From: Bugula neritina
Taxonomy: Eukaryota > Animalia > Bryozoa
Direction of reading: 5' to 3'
DNA length: 64,000 nt
Assembly (NCBI GenBank): GCA_964035545.1
Contig: OZ037770.1
Span: 7,248,027 to 7,312,026, forward strand
A program made the translations under genes and the position numbers. The notes under the pieces were generated by a model. The model did not search any database, had not been told where the DNA came from, and was given only the letters and a program-made list of their open reading frames with translations. This document shows positions 37,201 through 51,900 of this stretch, piece by piece; position 1 is the first letter of the stretch, and every line of letters begins with the position of its first letter.

Positions 37201-37909
37201 TATGTTACCGTACATTTCTGTATATTACAGTATACTCCAGTGTGTTGCAGTGTATTTCAATATGCTACAGCATATTTCACTATGTTGCAGTATATTTCAA
37301 TCTTTCGCAGTATATTTCAGTATGTTTCAGTATGTTTCAGTATGTTTCAGTGTGTTGCAGTATATTTCAATGTGTTTCAGTGTATTTCAGTATGTTACAG
37401 TGTATTTCAGTAAGTTGCAGTGTGATTCAGTATGTTGCAGTATATTTCACTATGTTGTCGTATGATTCAGTATTTTACAGTACATTTCTGTATATTTCAG
37501 CAAGTTGCAGTGTATTTCAGTGTGCTACACAATATTTCAGTATGTTGCAGTGTTTTTCAATGTGTTACAGTATATTTCAGTATATTACCGTAAACTTAGG
37601 TATGTTGCAGTTTATTCCAATGTGTTGCAATTCATTTCAGTATGTTACAGCGTATTTCAGTATGTGACAGTATGTTGCAGTATATTTCAGTAGGTTGAAG
37701 TATATTTCAGTATGTTGCAGTATGTTTCAGTATGTTACAACATAATTCAGTATTTTGCCGTATATTTCAGTGTGTTGCAGTATATTTCATTAAGTTGCAG
37801 TATGTTTCGGTATGTTCCAGTATAATTCAGTATGTTTCTCAATGTTTCAGTATATTTCAGTATGTTACAGTACGTGTCCGTATATTACGATATACTTCGA
37901 TATGTTGCA

Positions 37910-39630
37910 GTATATTTCATTATGTTGCAGTATGTTTCGGTATGTTCCAGTATATTTCAGTATGTTTCAGTATGTTTCAGTATGTTTCAGTGTGTTGCAG
38001 TATATTTCACTGTGTTGCAGTGTATTTCAATATGTTACAGTGTATTTCAGTATGTTGCAGTATGTTTCAGTATGTTACAACATAATTCAGTATTTTGCCG
38101 TACATTTCAGTGTGTTACAGTATACTTCGGTATGTTACAGTATGTTTCGGTATGTTCCAGTATATTTCAATATGTTTCAGTATGTTTCAGTATGTTGCAG
38201 TGTATTTCAGTATGTGACAGTGTATTTCAGTATGTTGCAGTGTGATTGGGTATGTTGCAGTATATTTCAGTATGTTGTCGTATGTTTCAGTATTTTACAG
38301 TACATTTCTGTATATTACAGTATATTTCAGTCTGTTGCAGTGTATTTCAGCATGTTGCAGTATGTTGCAGTGTAATTCAGTATGTTACAGTGTATTTCAG
38401 TATGTTGTAGTATATTTCAGCATGTTGCAGTACATTTCAGTATGTTGACGTATGTTTCTGTATGTTACAGTACATTTCTGTATATTACAGTATACTTCAG
38501 TGTATTTCAGTATGCTACAGCATATTTCAGTATGTTGCAGTATATTTCAGTAGGTTGAAGTATATTTCAGTATGTTGCAGTATGTTTCAGTATGTTACAA
38601 CATAATTCAGTATTTTGCCGTATATTTCAGTGTGTTACAGTATATTTCATTATGTTGCAGTATGTTTCGGTATGTTCCAGTATATTTCAGTATGTTTCAG
38701 TATGTTTCAGTATGTTTCAGTGTGTTGCAGTATATTTCACTGTGTTGCAGTGTATTTCAATATGTTACAGTGTATTTCAGTATTCTGCAGTATGTTTCAG
38801 TATGTTACAACATAATTCAGTATTTTGCCGTACATTTCAGTGTGTTACAGTATACTTCGGTATGTTACAGTATGTTTCGGTATGTTCCAGTATATTTCAA
38901 TATGTTTCAGTATGTTTCAGTATGTTGCAGTGTATTTCAGTATGTGACAGTGTATTTCAGTATGTTGCAGTGTGATTGGGTATGTTGCAGTATATTTCAG
39001 TATGTTGTCGTATGTTTCAGTATTTTACAGTACATTTCTGTATATTACAGTATATTTCAGTCTGTTGCAGTGTATTTCAGCATGTTGCAGTATGTTGCAG
39101 TGTAATTCAGTATGTTACAGTGTATTTCAGTATGTTGTAGTATATTTCAGCATGTTGCAGTACATTTCAGTATGTTGACGTATGTTTCTGTATGTTACAG
39201 TACATTTCTGTATATTACAGTATACTTCAGTGTATTTCAGTATGCTACAGCATATTTCAGTATGTTGCAGTATATTTCAGTAGGTTGAAGTATATTTCAG
39301 TATGTTGCAGTATGTTTCAGTATGTTACAACATAATTCAGTATTTTGCCGTATATTTCAGTGTGTTACAGTATATTTCATTATGTTGCAGTATGTTTCGG
39401 TATGTTCCAGTATATTTCAGTATGTTTCAGTATGTTTCAGTATGTTTCAGTGTGTTGCAGTATATTTCACTGTGTTGCAGTGTATTTCAATATGTTACAG
39501 TGTATTTCAGTATTCTGCAGTATGTTTCAGTATGTTACAACATAATTCAGTATTTTGCCGTACATTTCAGTGTGTTACAGTATACTTCGGTATGTTACAG
39601 TATGTTTCGGTATGTTCCAGTATATTTCAA
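37910..39630. repeat. 730-bp higher-order repeat (~2.4 copies)
   Basis: GTGATTGGG marker at 38242 and 38972; ORFs recur at 38572/39302. Confidence 0.85.
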
Positions 39631-42600
39631 TATGTTTCACTATATTACTGTATATTTAGGTATGTTGCAGTTTATTATAATGTGTTGCAGTGTATTTCAA
39701 TATGTTACAGTGTAATTCAGTATGTTGCAGGATATTTCAGTATGCTGCAGTATATTTCAGTATGTTGAAGTATGTTTCAGTGTGTAACAGTATATTTCAA
39801 TGTGTTGCAGTGTAATTCAATATGTTACAGTGTAATTCAGTATGTTGCAGTATGTTACAGTATGTTGCAGTGTATTTCAGTATGTTACAGTGGATTTCGG
39901 TAGGTTGCAGTATTTTGCAGTATATTTCAGTGTGTTGCAGTATATTTCAGTATGCTGCCGAGTGTTTCAGTATGTTGCAGTATGTTGCAGTATGTTACAG
40001 TATATTTCAGTATGTTGCAGTGTAATTCAGTATGTTACGGTATATTTCAGTAGTTTACCATAAATTCCGGTATGTTGCAGTATAATTGAATGTGTTGCAG
40101 TGTATTTCAATATGTTTTAGTGTATTTCAGTATATTTCAGTATGTCGCTGTGTAATTCAGTATGTTGCAGTATATTTCAGTAGGTTGTCGTATGTTTCAG
40201 CATTTTACAGTACATTTCTGTATATTACAGTATAATTGAATGTGTTGCAGTGTATTTCAATATGCTACAGCATATTTCACTATGTTGCAGTATATTTCAA
40301 TCTTTCGCAGTATATTTCAGTATGTTTCAGTATGTTTCAGTATATTTCAGTATTTTGCAGTATGTTTCAGTGTGTTGCAGTGTATTTCAATATGTTACAG
40401 TTTATTTCAGTATGTTGCAGTCTATTTCAGTTTGTTACAGTGTAGTTCAGTATGTTGCAGTATGTTGCAGTATGTTGCAGTATATTTAAGTATGTTACAG
40501 TATATTGCAGTATGTTACAGTACATTCCCGGATATTACACTATATTTCAGTGAGTTGCAGTGTATTTCAGTGTCCTGCAGCATATTTCAGTACGGTGGAG
40601 TGTTTTTCAATATGTTACAGTATGTTTCACTATATTACTGTATGTTTAGGTATGTTGCAGTTTATGATAATGTGTTGCAGTGTATTTCATTAGGTTACAG
40701 TGTATTTCAGTATGTTGCAGTATGTTGCAGGATATTTCAGTGTGTTGCAGTATATTTTAATGTGTTGCAGTGTAATTCAATCTGTTACAGTGTAATTCAG
40801 TATGTTGCAGTATGTTGCAGTATGTTGCAGTGTATTTCAGTATGTTGCAGTATATTTCAGTATGTTGAAGTATGTTTCAGTGTGTAACAGTATATTTCAA
40901 TGTGTTGCAGTGTAATTCAATATGTTACAGTGTAATTCAGTATGTTGCAGTATGTTACAGTATGTTGCAGTGTATTTCAGTATGTTACAGTGGATTTCGG
41001 TAGGTTGCAGTATTTTGCAGTATATTTCAGTGTGTTGCAGTATATTTCAGTATGTTGCCGAGTGTTTCAGTATGTTGCAGTATGTTTTAGTATGTTACAG
41101 TATATTTCAGTATGTTGCAGCGTAATTCAGTATGTTACAGTATATTTCAGTAGTTTATCATAAATTCCGGTATGTTGCAGTATAATTTAATGTGTTGCAG
41201 TGTATTTCAAAATATTACAGTGTATTTCAGTATATTTCAGTATGTTGCTGTGTAATTATGCATGTTGCAGTACATTTCAGTATGTTGACGTATGTTTCTG
41301 TATGTTACAGTACATTTCTGTATATTACAGTTTACTTCAGTGTATTTCAGTATGCTACAGCATATTTCAGTATGTTGCAGTATATTTCAGTAGGTTGAAG
41401 TATATTTCAGTATGTTGCAGTATGTTTCAGTATGTTACAACATAATTCAGTATTTTGCCGTATATTTCAGTGTGTTACAGTATATTTCATTATGTTGCAG
41501 TATGTTTCGGTATGTTCCAGTATATTTCAGTATGTTTCAGTATGTTTCAGTATGTTTCAGTGTGTTGCAGTATATTTCACTGTGTTGCAGTGTATTTCAA
41601 TATGTTACAGTGTATTTCAGTATGTTGCAGTATGTTTCAGTATGTTACAACATAATTCAGTATTTTGCCGTACATTTCAGTGTGTTACAGTATACTTCGG
41701 TATGTTACAGTATGTTTCGGTATGTTCCAGTATATTTCAGTATGTTTCAGTATGTTTCAGTGTTTTGCAGTATATTTCACTGTGTTGCAGTGTATTTCAA
41801 TATGTTACAGTGTATTTCAGTTTGCTACAGCATAATATTTCACTATGTTGCAGTATATTTCAATGTCTCGCAGTATATTTCAATGTGTTGCAGTGTATGT
41901 CAGTATGTTGCAGTATGTTGCAGTGTATTTCAGTATGTGACAGTGTATTTCAGTATGTTGCAGTGTGATTGGGTATGTTGCAGTATATTTCAGTATGTTG
42001 TCGTATGTTTCAGTATTTTACAGTACATTTCTGTATATTACAGTATATTTCAGTCTGTTGCAGTGTATTTCAGCATGTTGCAGTATGTTGCAGTGTAATT
42101 CAGTATGCTACAGCATATTTCAGTATGTTGCAGTATATTTCAGTAGGTTGAAGTATATTTCAGTATGTTGCAGTATGTTTCAGTATGTTACAACATAATT
42201 CAGTATTTTGCCGTATATTTCAGTGTGTTACAGTATATTTCATTATGTTGCAGTATGTTTCGGTATGTTCCAGTATATTTCAGTATGTTTCAGTATGTTT
42301 CAGTATGCTTCAGTGTGTTGCAGTATATTTCACTGTGTTGCAGTGTATTTCAATATGTTACAGTGTATTTCAGTATGCTGCAGTATGTTTCAGTATGTTA
42401 CAACATAATTCCGTATTTTGCCGTACATTTCAGTGTGTTACAGTATACTTCGGTATGTTACAGTATGTTTCGGTATGTTCCAGTATATTTCAATATGTTT
42501 CACTATATTACTGTATATTTAGGTATGTTGCAGTTTATTATAATGTGTTGCAGTGTATTTCAATATGTTACAGTGTAATTCAGTATGTTGCAGGATAATT

Positions 42601-44640
42601 CAGTATGCTGCAGTATATTTCAGTATGTTGAAGTATGTTTCAGTGTGTAACAGTATATTTCAATGTGTTGCAGTGTAATTCAATATGTTACAGTGTAATT
42701 CAGTATGTTGCAGTATGTTACAGTATGTTGCAGTGTATTTCAGTATGTTACAGTGGATTTCGGTAGGTTGCAGTATTTTGCAGTATATTTCAGTGTGTTG
42801 CAGTATATTTCAGTATGTTGCCGAGTGTTTCAGTATGTTGCAGTATGTTGCAGTATGTTACAGTATATTTCAGTATGTTGCAGTGTAATTCAGTATGTTA
42901 CGGTATATTTCAGTAGTTTACCATAAATTCCGGTATGTTGCAGTATAATTGAATGTGTTGCAGTGTATTTGAATATGTTACAGTGTATTTCAGTATATTT
43001 CAGTATGTCGCTGTGTAATTCAGTATGTTGCAGTATATTTCAGTAGGTTGTCGTATGTTTCAGCATTTTACAGTACATTTCTGTATATTACAGTATAATT
43101 GAATGTGTTGCAGTGTATTTCAATATGCTACAGCATATTTCACTATGTTGCAGTATATTTCAATCTTTCGCAGTATATTTCAGTATGTTTCAGTATGTTT
43201 CAGTATATTTCAGTATTTTGCAGTATGTTTCAGTGTGTTGCAGTGTATTTCAATATGTTACAGTTTATTTCAGTATGTTGCAGTCTATTTCAGTTTGTTA
43301 CAGTGTAGTTCAGTATGTTGCAGTATGTTGCAGTATGTTGCAGTATATTTAAGTATGTTACAGTATATTGCAGTATGTTACAGTACATTTCCGGATATTA
43401 CACTATACTTCAGTGAGTTGCAGTGTATTTCAGTGTCCTGCAGCATATTTCAGTACGGTGGAGTGTTTTTCAATATGTTACAGTATGTTTCACTATATTA
43501 CTGTATGTTTAGGTATGTTGCAGTTTATGATAATGTGTTGCAGTGTATTTCATTAGGTTACAGTGTATTTCAGTATGTTGCAGTATGTTGCAGGATATTT
43601 CAGTGTGTTGCAGTATATTTTAATGTGTTGCAGTGTAATTCAATCTGTTACAGTGTAATTCAGTATGTTGCAGTATGTTGCAGTATGTTGCAGTGTATTT
43701 CAGTATGTTGCAGTATATTTCAGTATGTTGAAGTATGTTTCAGTGTGTAACAGTATATTTCAATGTGTTGCAGTGTAATTCAATATGTTACAGTGTAATT
43801 CAGTATGTTGCAGTATGTTACAGTATGTTGCAGTGTATTTCAGTATGTTACAGTGGATTTCGGTAGGTTGCAGTATTTTGCAGTATATTTCAGTGTGTTG
43901 CAGTATATTTCAGTATGTTGCTGAGTGTTTCAGTATGTTGCAGTATGTTTTAGTATGTTACAGTATATTTCAGTATGTTGCAGTGTAATTCAGTATGTTA
44001 CAGTATATTTCAGTAGTTTATCATAAATTCCGGTATGTTGCAGTATAATTTAATATGTTGCAGTGTATTTCAATATATTACAGTGTATTTCAGTATATTT
44101 CAGTATGTTGCTGTGTAATTATGCATGTTGCAGTACATTTCAGTATGTTGACGTATGTTTCTGTATGTTACAATACATTTCTGTATATTACAGTTTACTT
44201 CAGTGTATTTCAGTATGCTACAGCATATTTCAGTATGTTGCAGTATATTTCAGTAGGTTGAAGTATATTTCAGTATGTTGCAGTATGTTTCAGTATGTTA
44301 CAACATAATTCAGTATTTTGCCGTATATTTCAGTGTGTTACAGTATATTTCATTATGTTGCAGTATGTTTCGGTATGTTCCAGTATATTTCAGTATGTTT
44401 CAGTATGTTTCAGTATGTTTCAGTGTGTTGCAGTATATTTCACTGTGTTGCAGTGTATTTCAATATGTTACAGTGTATTTCAGTATGTTGCAGTATGTTT
44501 CAGTATGTTACAACATAATGCAGTATTTTGCCGTACATTTCAGTGTGTTACAGTATACTTCGGTATGTTACAGTATGTTTCGGTATGTTCCAGTATATTT
44601 CAGTATGTTTCAGTATGTTTCAGTGTTTTGCAGTATATTT
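39240..44640. repeat. 2863-bp higher-order duplication
   Basis: Matching blocks at 39302/42165, 39822/42685, 40236/43099 and 41412/44275. Confidence 0.85.
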
Positions 44641-47600
44641 CAATGTCTCGCAGTATATTTCAATGTGTTGCAGTGTTTTTCAATATGTTACAGTGTATGT
44701 CAGTATGTTGCAGTATGTTGCAGTGTATTTCAGTATGTGACAGTGTATTTCAGTATGTTGCAGTGTGATTGGGTATGTTGCAGTATATTTCAGTATGTTG
44801 TCGTATGTTTCAGTATTTTACAGTACATTTCTGTATATTACAGTATATTTCAGTCTGTTGCAGTGTATTTCAGCATGTTGCAGTATGTTGCAGTGTAATT
44901 CAGTATGTTACAGTGTATTTCAGTATGTTGTAGTATATTTCAGCATGTTGCAGTACATTTCAGTATGTTGACGTATGTTTCTGTATGTTACAGTACATTT
45001 CTGTATATTACAGTATACTTCAGTGTATTTCAGTATGCTACAGCATATTTCAGTATGTTGCAGTATATTTCAGTAGGTTGAAGTATATTTCAGTATGTTT
45101 CAGTATGTTTCAGTATGTTTCAGTGTGTTGCAGTATATTTCACTGTGTTGCAGTGTATTTCAATATGTTACAGTGTATTTCAGTATGTTGCAGTCTATTT
45201 CAGTTTGTTACAGTGTAGTTCAGTATGTTGCTGTATGTTGCAGTATGTTGCAGTATATTTAAGTATGTTACAGTATATTGCAGTATGTTACAGTACATTT
45301 CCGGATATTACACTATATTTCAGTGAGTTGCAGTGTATTTCAGTGTCCTGCAGCATATTTCAGTACGGTGCAGTGTTTTTCAATATGTTACAGTATGCTT
45401 CACTATATTACTGTATGTTTAGGTATGTTGCAGTTTATAATAATGTGTTGCAGTGTATTTCATTATGTTACAGTGTATTTCAGTATGTTGCAGTATGTTG
45501 CAGGATATTTCAGTATGTTGCAGAATATTTCAGTATGTTGAAGTATGTTTCAGTGTGTTGCAGTATATTTCAATGTGTTGCAGTGTAATTCAATATGTTA
45601 CAGTGTAATTCAGTATGTTGCAGTATGTTACAGTATGTTGCAGTGTATTTCAGTATGTTACAGTGGATTTCGGTAGGTTGCAGTATTTTGCAGTATATTT
45701 CAGTGTGTTGCAGTATATTTCAGTATGTTGCCGAGTGTTTCAGTATGTTGCAGTATGTTTTAGTATGTTACAGTATATTTCAGTATGTTGCAGTGTAATT
45801 CAGTATGTTACAGTATATTTCAGTAGTTTACCATAAATTCCGGTATGTTGCAGTATAATTGAATGTGTTGCAGTGTATTTCAATATGTTACAGTGTATTT
45901 CAGTATGTTGCAGTATGCTGCAGTGTAATTATGCATGTTGCAGTACATTTCAGTATGTTGACGTATGTTTCAGTATGTTACAGTACATTTCTGTATATTA
46001 CAGTCGACTCAAGTGTGTTGCAGTGTATTTCAGTATGCTACAGCATAATATTTCACTATGTTGCAGTATATTTCAATGTCTCGCAGTATATTTCAATGTG
46101 TTGCAGTGTTTTTCAATATGTTACAGTGTATGTCAGTATGTTGCAGTATGTTGCAGTGTATTTCAGTATGTGACAGTGTATTTCAGTATGTTGCAGTGTG
46201 ATTGGGTATGTTGCAGTATATTTCAGTATGTTGTCGTATGTTTCAGTATTTTACAGTACATTTCTGTATATTACAGTATATTTCAGTCTGTTGCAGTGTA
46301 TTTCAGCATGTTGCAGTATGTTGCAGTGTAATTCAGTATGTTACAGTGTATTTCAGTATGTTGTAGTATATTTCAGCATGTTGCAGTACATTTCAGTATG
46401 TTGACGTATGTTTCTGTATGTTACAGTACATTTCTGTATATTACAGTATACTTCAGTGTATTTCAGTATGCTACAGCATTTTTCAGTATGTTGCAGTATA
46501 TTTCAGTAGGTTGAAGTATATTTCAGTATGTTGCAGTATGTTTCAGTATGTTACAACATAATTCAGTATTTTGCTGTATATTTCAGTGTGTTACAGTATA
46601 TTTCATTATGTTGCAGTATGTTTCGGTATGTTCCAGTATATTTCAGTATGTTTCAGTATGTTTCAGTATGTTTCAGTGTGTTGCAGTATATTTCACTGTG
46701 TTGCAGTGTATTTCAATATGTTACAGTGTATTTCAGTATGTTGCAGTATGTTTCAGTATGTTACAACATAATTCAGTATTTTGCCGTACATTTCAGTGTG
46801 TTACAGTATACTTCGGTATGTTACAGTATGTTTCGGTATGTTCCAGTATATTTCAATATGTTTCAGTATGTTTCAGTATGTTTCAGTGTGTTGCAGTATA
46901 TTTCACTGTGTTGCAGTGTATTTCAATATGTTACAGTGTATTTCAGTATGTTGCAGTGTGATTCAGTATGTTACAGTATATTTCAGTATGTTGTCGTATG
47001 TTTCAGTATTTTACAGTACCTTTCTGTATATTACAGTATATTTCAGTCTGTTGCAGTGTATTTCAGCATGTTGCAGTATGTTGCAGTGTAATTCAGTATG
47101 TTACAATGTATTTCAGTATGTTGTAGTATATTTCAGCATGTTGCAGTACATTTCAGTATGTTGAGGTATGTTTCTGTATGTTACAGTACATTTCTGTATA
47201 TTACAGTATACTTCAGTGTATTTCAGTATGCTACAGCATATTTCAGTATGTTGCAGTACATTTCAGTAGGTTGAAGTATATTTCAGTATGTTGCAGTATG
47301 TTTCAGTATGTTACAACATAATTCAGTATTTTGCCGTATATTTCAGTGTGTTACAGTATATTTCATTATGTTGCAGTATGTTTCGGTATGTTCCAGTATA
47401 ATTCAGTACGTTTCTCAATGTTTCAGTATTATTTCAGTATGTTACAGTACATGTCCGTATATTACGATATACTTCGATATGTTGCAGTATATTTCAGTAT
47501 TTTGCAGTATGTTTCAGTGTGTTGCAGTGTATTTCAATATGTTACAGTTTATTTCAGTATGTTGCAGTCTATTCAGTTTGTTACAGTGTAGTTCAGTATG

Positions 47601-48940
47601 TTGCTGTATGTTGCAGTATGTTGCAGTATATTTAAGTATGTTACAGTATATTGCAGTATGTTACAGTACATTTCCGGATATTACACTATATTTCAGTGAG
47701 TTGCAGTGTATTTCAGTGTCCTGCAGCATATTTCAGTACGGTGCAGTGTTTTTCAATATGTTACAGTATGTTTCACTATATTACTGTATGTTTAGGTATG
47801 TTGCAGTTTATTATAATGTGTTGCAGTGTATTTCATTAGGTTACAGTGTATTTCAGTATGTTGCAGTATGTTGCAGGATATTTCAGTGTGTTGCAGTATA
47901 TTTTAATGTGTTGCAGTGTAATTCAATATGTTACAGTGTAATTCAGTATGTTGCAGTATGTTGCAGTATGTTGCAGTGTATTTCAGTATATTACAGTGGA
48001 TTTCGGTAGGTTGCAGTATTTTGCAGTATATTTCAGTGTGTTGCAGTATATTTCAGTATGTTGCCGAGTATGTTGCCAGTAGGTTGTCGTATGTTTCAGC
48101 ATTTTACAGTACATTTCTGTATATTACAGTATAATTGAATGTGTTGCAGTGTATTTCAATATGTTACAGTGTATTTCAGTATATTTCAGTATGTCGCTGT
48201 GTAATTCAGTATGTTGCAGTATATTTCAGTAGGTTGTCGTATGTTTCAGCATTTTACAGTACATTTCTCTATATTACAGTATAATTGAATGTGTTGCAAT
48301 GTATTTCAATATGTTACAGTGTATTTCAGTATGTTGCAGTATGCTGCAGTGTAATTATGCATGTTGCAGTACATTTCAGTATGTTGACGTATGTTTCAGT
48401 ATGTTACAGTACATTTCTGTATATTACAGTCTACTCCAGTGTGTTGCAGTGTATTTCAGGATGCTACAGCATAATATTTCACTATGTTGCAGTATATTTC
48501 AATGTCTCGCAGTATATTTCAGTATGCTACAGTATGTTTCAGTGTGTTGCAGTCTATTTCAATGTGTTGCAGTGTTTTTCAATATGTTACAGTGTATTTC
48601 AGTATGTTGCAGTATGTTGCAGTGTATTTCAGTATGTGACAATGTATTTCAGTATGTTGAGTGTTATTGGGCATGTTGCAGTATATTTCAGTATGTTGTC
48701 GTATGTTTCAGTATTTCACAGTACATTTCTGTATATTACAGTATCTTTCAGTCTGTTGCAGTGTATTTCAGTATGTTGCAGTATGTTGCAGTGTTTTTCA
48801 ATATGTTACAGTATGTTTCACTATATTACTGTATGTTTAGGTATGTTGCAGTTTATTATAATGTGTTGCAGTGTATTTCATTAGGTTACAGTGTATTTCA
48901 GTATGTTGCAGTATGTTGCAGGATATTTCAGTGTGTTGCA

Positions 48941-51900
48941 GTATATTTCAGTAGGTTGTCGTATGTTTCAGCATTTTACAGTACGTTTCTGTATATTACA
49001 GTATAATTGAATGTGTTGCAGTGTATTTCAATATGTTACACTGTATTTCAGTAACTTGCAGTATGCTGCAGTGTAATTATGCATGTTACAGTACATTTCA
49101 GCATGTTGACGTATGTTTCAGTATGTTACAGTACATTTCTGTATATTACAGTCTTCTTCAGTGTGTTGCAGTGTATTTCAGTATGCTACAGCATATTTGA
49201 CTATGTTGCAGTATATTTCAATGTGTTGCAGTGTTTTTCAATATGTTACAGTGTATTTCAGTATGTTGCAGTATGTTGCAGTGTTAATCAGTATGTTACA
49301 GTGTATTTCAGTATGTTGTAGTATATTTCAGTATGTTGCAGTATATTTCAGTAGGTTGTCGTATGTTTCAGCATTTTACAGTACGTTTCTGTATATTACA
49401 GTATAATTGAATGTGTTGCAGTGTATTTCAATATGTTACACTGTATTTCAGTAACTTGCAGTATGCTGCAGTGTAATTATGCATGTTACAGTACATTTCA
49501 GCATGTTGACGTATGTTTCAGTATGTTACAGTACATTTCTGTATATTACAGTCTTCTTCAGTGTGTTGCAGTGTATTTCAGTATGCTACAGCATATTTGA
49601 CTATGTTGCAGTATATTTCAATGTGTTGCAGTGTTTTTCAATATGTTACAGTGTATTTCAGTATGTTGCAGTATGTTGCAGTGTTAATCAGTATGTTACA
49701 GTGTATTTCAGTATGTTGTAGTATATTTCAGCATGGTGCAGTACATTTCAGTATGTTGACGTATGTTTCAGTATGTTACAGTATATTTCTGTATATTACA
49801 GTATACTCCAGTAAATTTCAGTATGCTACAGCATATTTCAGTATGTTGCAGTATATTTCAATGTGTTGCAGTATATTTCAGTGTTTTGCCGAATGTATCA
49901 GTATGTTGCAGTATATTTCAATGTGTTGCAGTGTATATCAATATGTTACAGTGTATTTCGGTAGGTTGCGGTCTATTTCAGTATGTTACAACATATTTCA
50001 GTGTGTTGCAGTATGTTGCAGTATATTCCAGTATGTTACAGTATATTTCAGTATGTTACAGTACATTTCCGTATATTACACTATATTTCAGTGAGTTGAG
50101 GTGTATTTCAGTGTGCTAGAGCATATTTTAGTATGATGCAGTGTTTTTCAATGTGTTACAGTATATTTCAGTATATTACCGTATATTTAGGTGTGTTGCA
50201 GTATATTTCACTGTGTTGCAGCGTATTTCAATATGTTACAGTGTATTTAGGTATGTTGCAGTATGTTGCAGGATATTTCAGTATGTTGCAGTATATTTCA
50301 GTACGTCGAAGTATGTTTCAGTGTGTTGCAGTATATTTCAATGTGTTGCAGTGTATTTCAATATGTTACAGTGTAATTCAGTATGTTGCAGTATGTTGCA
50401 GTATGTTGCAGTGTATTTCAGTATGTTACAGTGGATTTCGGTACGTTGCAGTATTTTGCAGTATATTTCAGTGTGTTGCAGTGTATTTCAGTATGTTGCC
50501 GAGTGTTTCAGTATGTTGCAGTATGTTTTAGTATGTTACAGTATATTTCAGTATGTTGCAGTGTAATTCAGTATGTTACGGTATATTTCAGTAGTTTACC
50601 ATAAATTTCGGTATGTTGCAGTATAATTGAATGTGTTGCAGTGTATTTCAATATGTTACAGTGTATTTCAATATATTTCAGTATGTTGCTGTGTAATTCG
50701 GTATGTTGCAGAATATTTCAGTAGGTTGTCGTATGTGTCAGCATTTTACAGTACATTTCTGTATATTACAGTATAATTGAATGTGTTGCAGTGTATTTCA
50801 ATATGTTACAGTGTATTTCAGTATGTTGCAGTATGCTGCAGTGTAATTATGCATGTTGCAGTACATTTCAGCATGTTGACGTATGTTTCAGTATGTTACA
50901 GTACATTTCTGTATATTACAGTCTACTCCAGTGTGTTGCAGTGTATTTCAGTATGCTACAGCATATTTCACTATCTTGCAGTATATTTCAATGTCTCGCA
51001 GTATATGTCAGTATGTTGTCGTATGTTTCAGTATTTTACAGTACATTTCTGTATATTACAGTATATTTCAGTCTGTTGCAGTGTATTTCAGTATGTTGCA
51101 GTATGTTGCAGTGTAATTCAGTATGTTACAGTGTATTTCAGTATGTTGTAGTATATTTCAGCATGGTGCAGTACATTTCAGTATGTTGACGTATGTTTCA
51201 GTATGTTACAGTACATTTCTGTATATTACAGTATACTCCAGTGTATTTCAGTATGCTACAGCATATTTCAGTATGTTGCAGTATATTTCAATGTGTTGCA
51301 GTATATTTCAGTGTTTTGCCGAATGTATCAGTATGTTGCAGTATATTTCAATGTGTTGCAGTGTATATCAATATGTTACAGTGTATTTCGGTAGATTGCG
51401 GTCTATTTCAGTATGTTACAGCATATTTCAGTGTGTTGCAGTATGTTGCAGTATATTCCAGTATGTTACAGTATATTTCAGTATGTTACAGTACATTTCC
51501 GTATATTACACTATATTTCAGTGAGTTGAGGTGTATTTCAGTGTGCTAGAGCATATTTCAGTATGATGCAGTGTTTTTCAATGTGTTACAGTATATTTCA
51601 GTATATTACCGTATATTTAGGTGTGTTGCAGTATATTTCACTGTGTTGCAGTGTATTTCAATATGTTACAGTGTATTTCAGTATGTTGCAGTATGTTGCA
51701 GGATATTTCAGTATGTTGCAGTATATTTCAGTATGTCGAAGTATGTTTCAGTGTGTTGCAGTATATTTCAATGTGTTGCAGTGTATTTCAATATGTTACA
51801 GTGTAATTCAGTATGTTGCAGTATGTTGCAGTATGTTGCAGTGTATTTCAGTATGTTACAGTGGATTTCGGTACGTTGCAGTATTTTGCAGTATATTTCA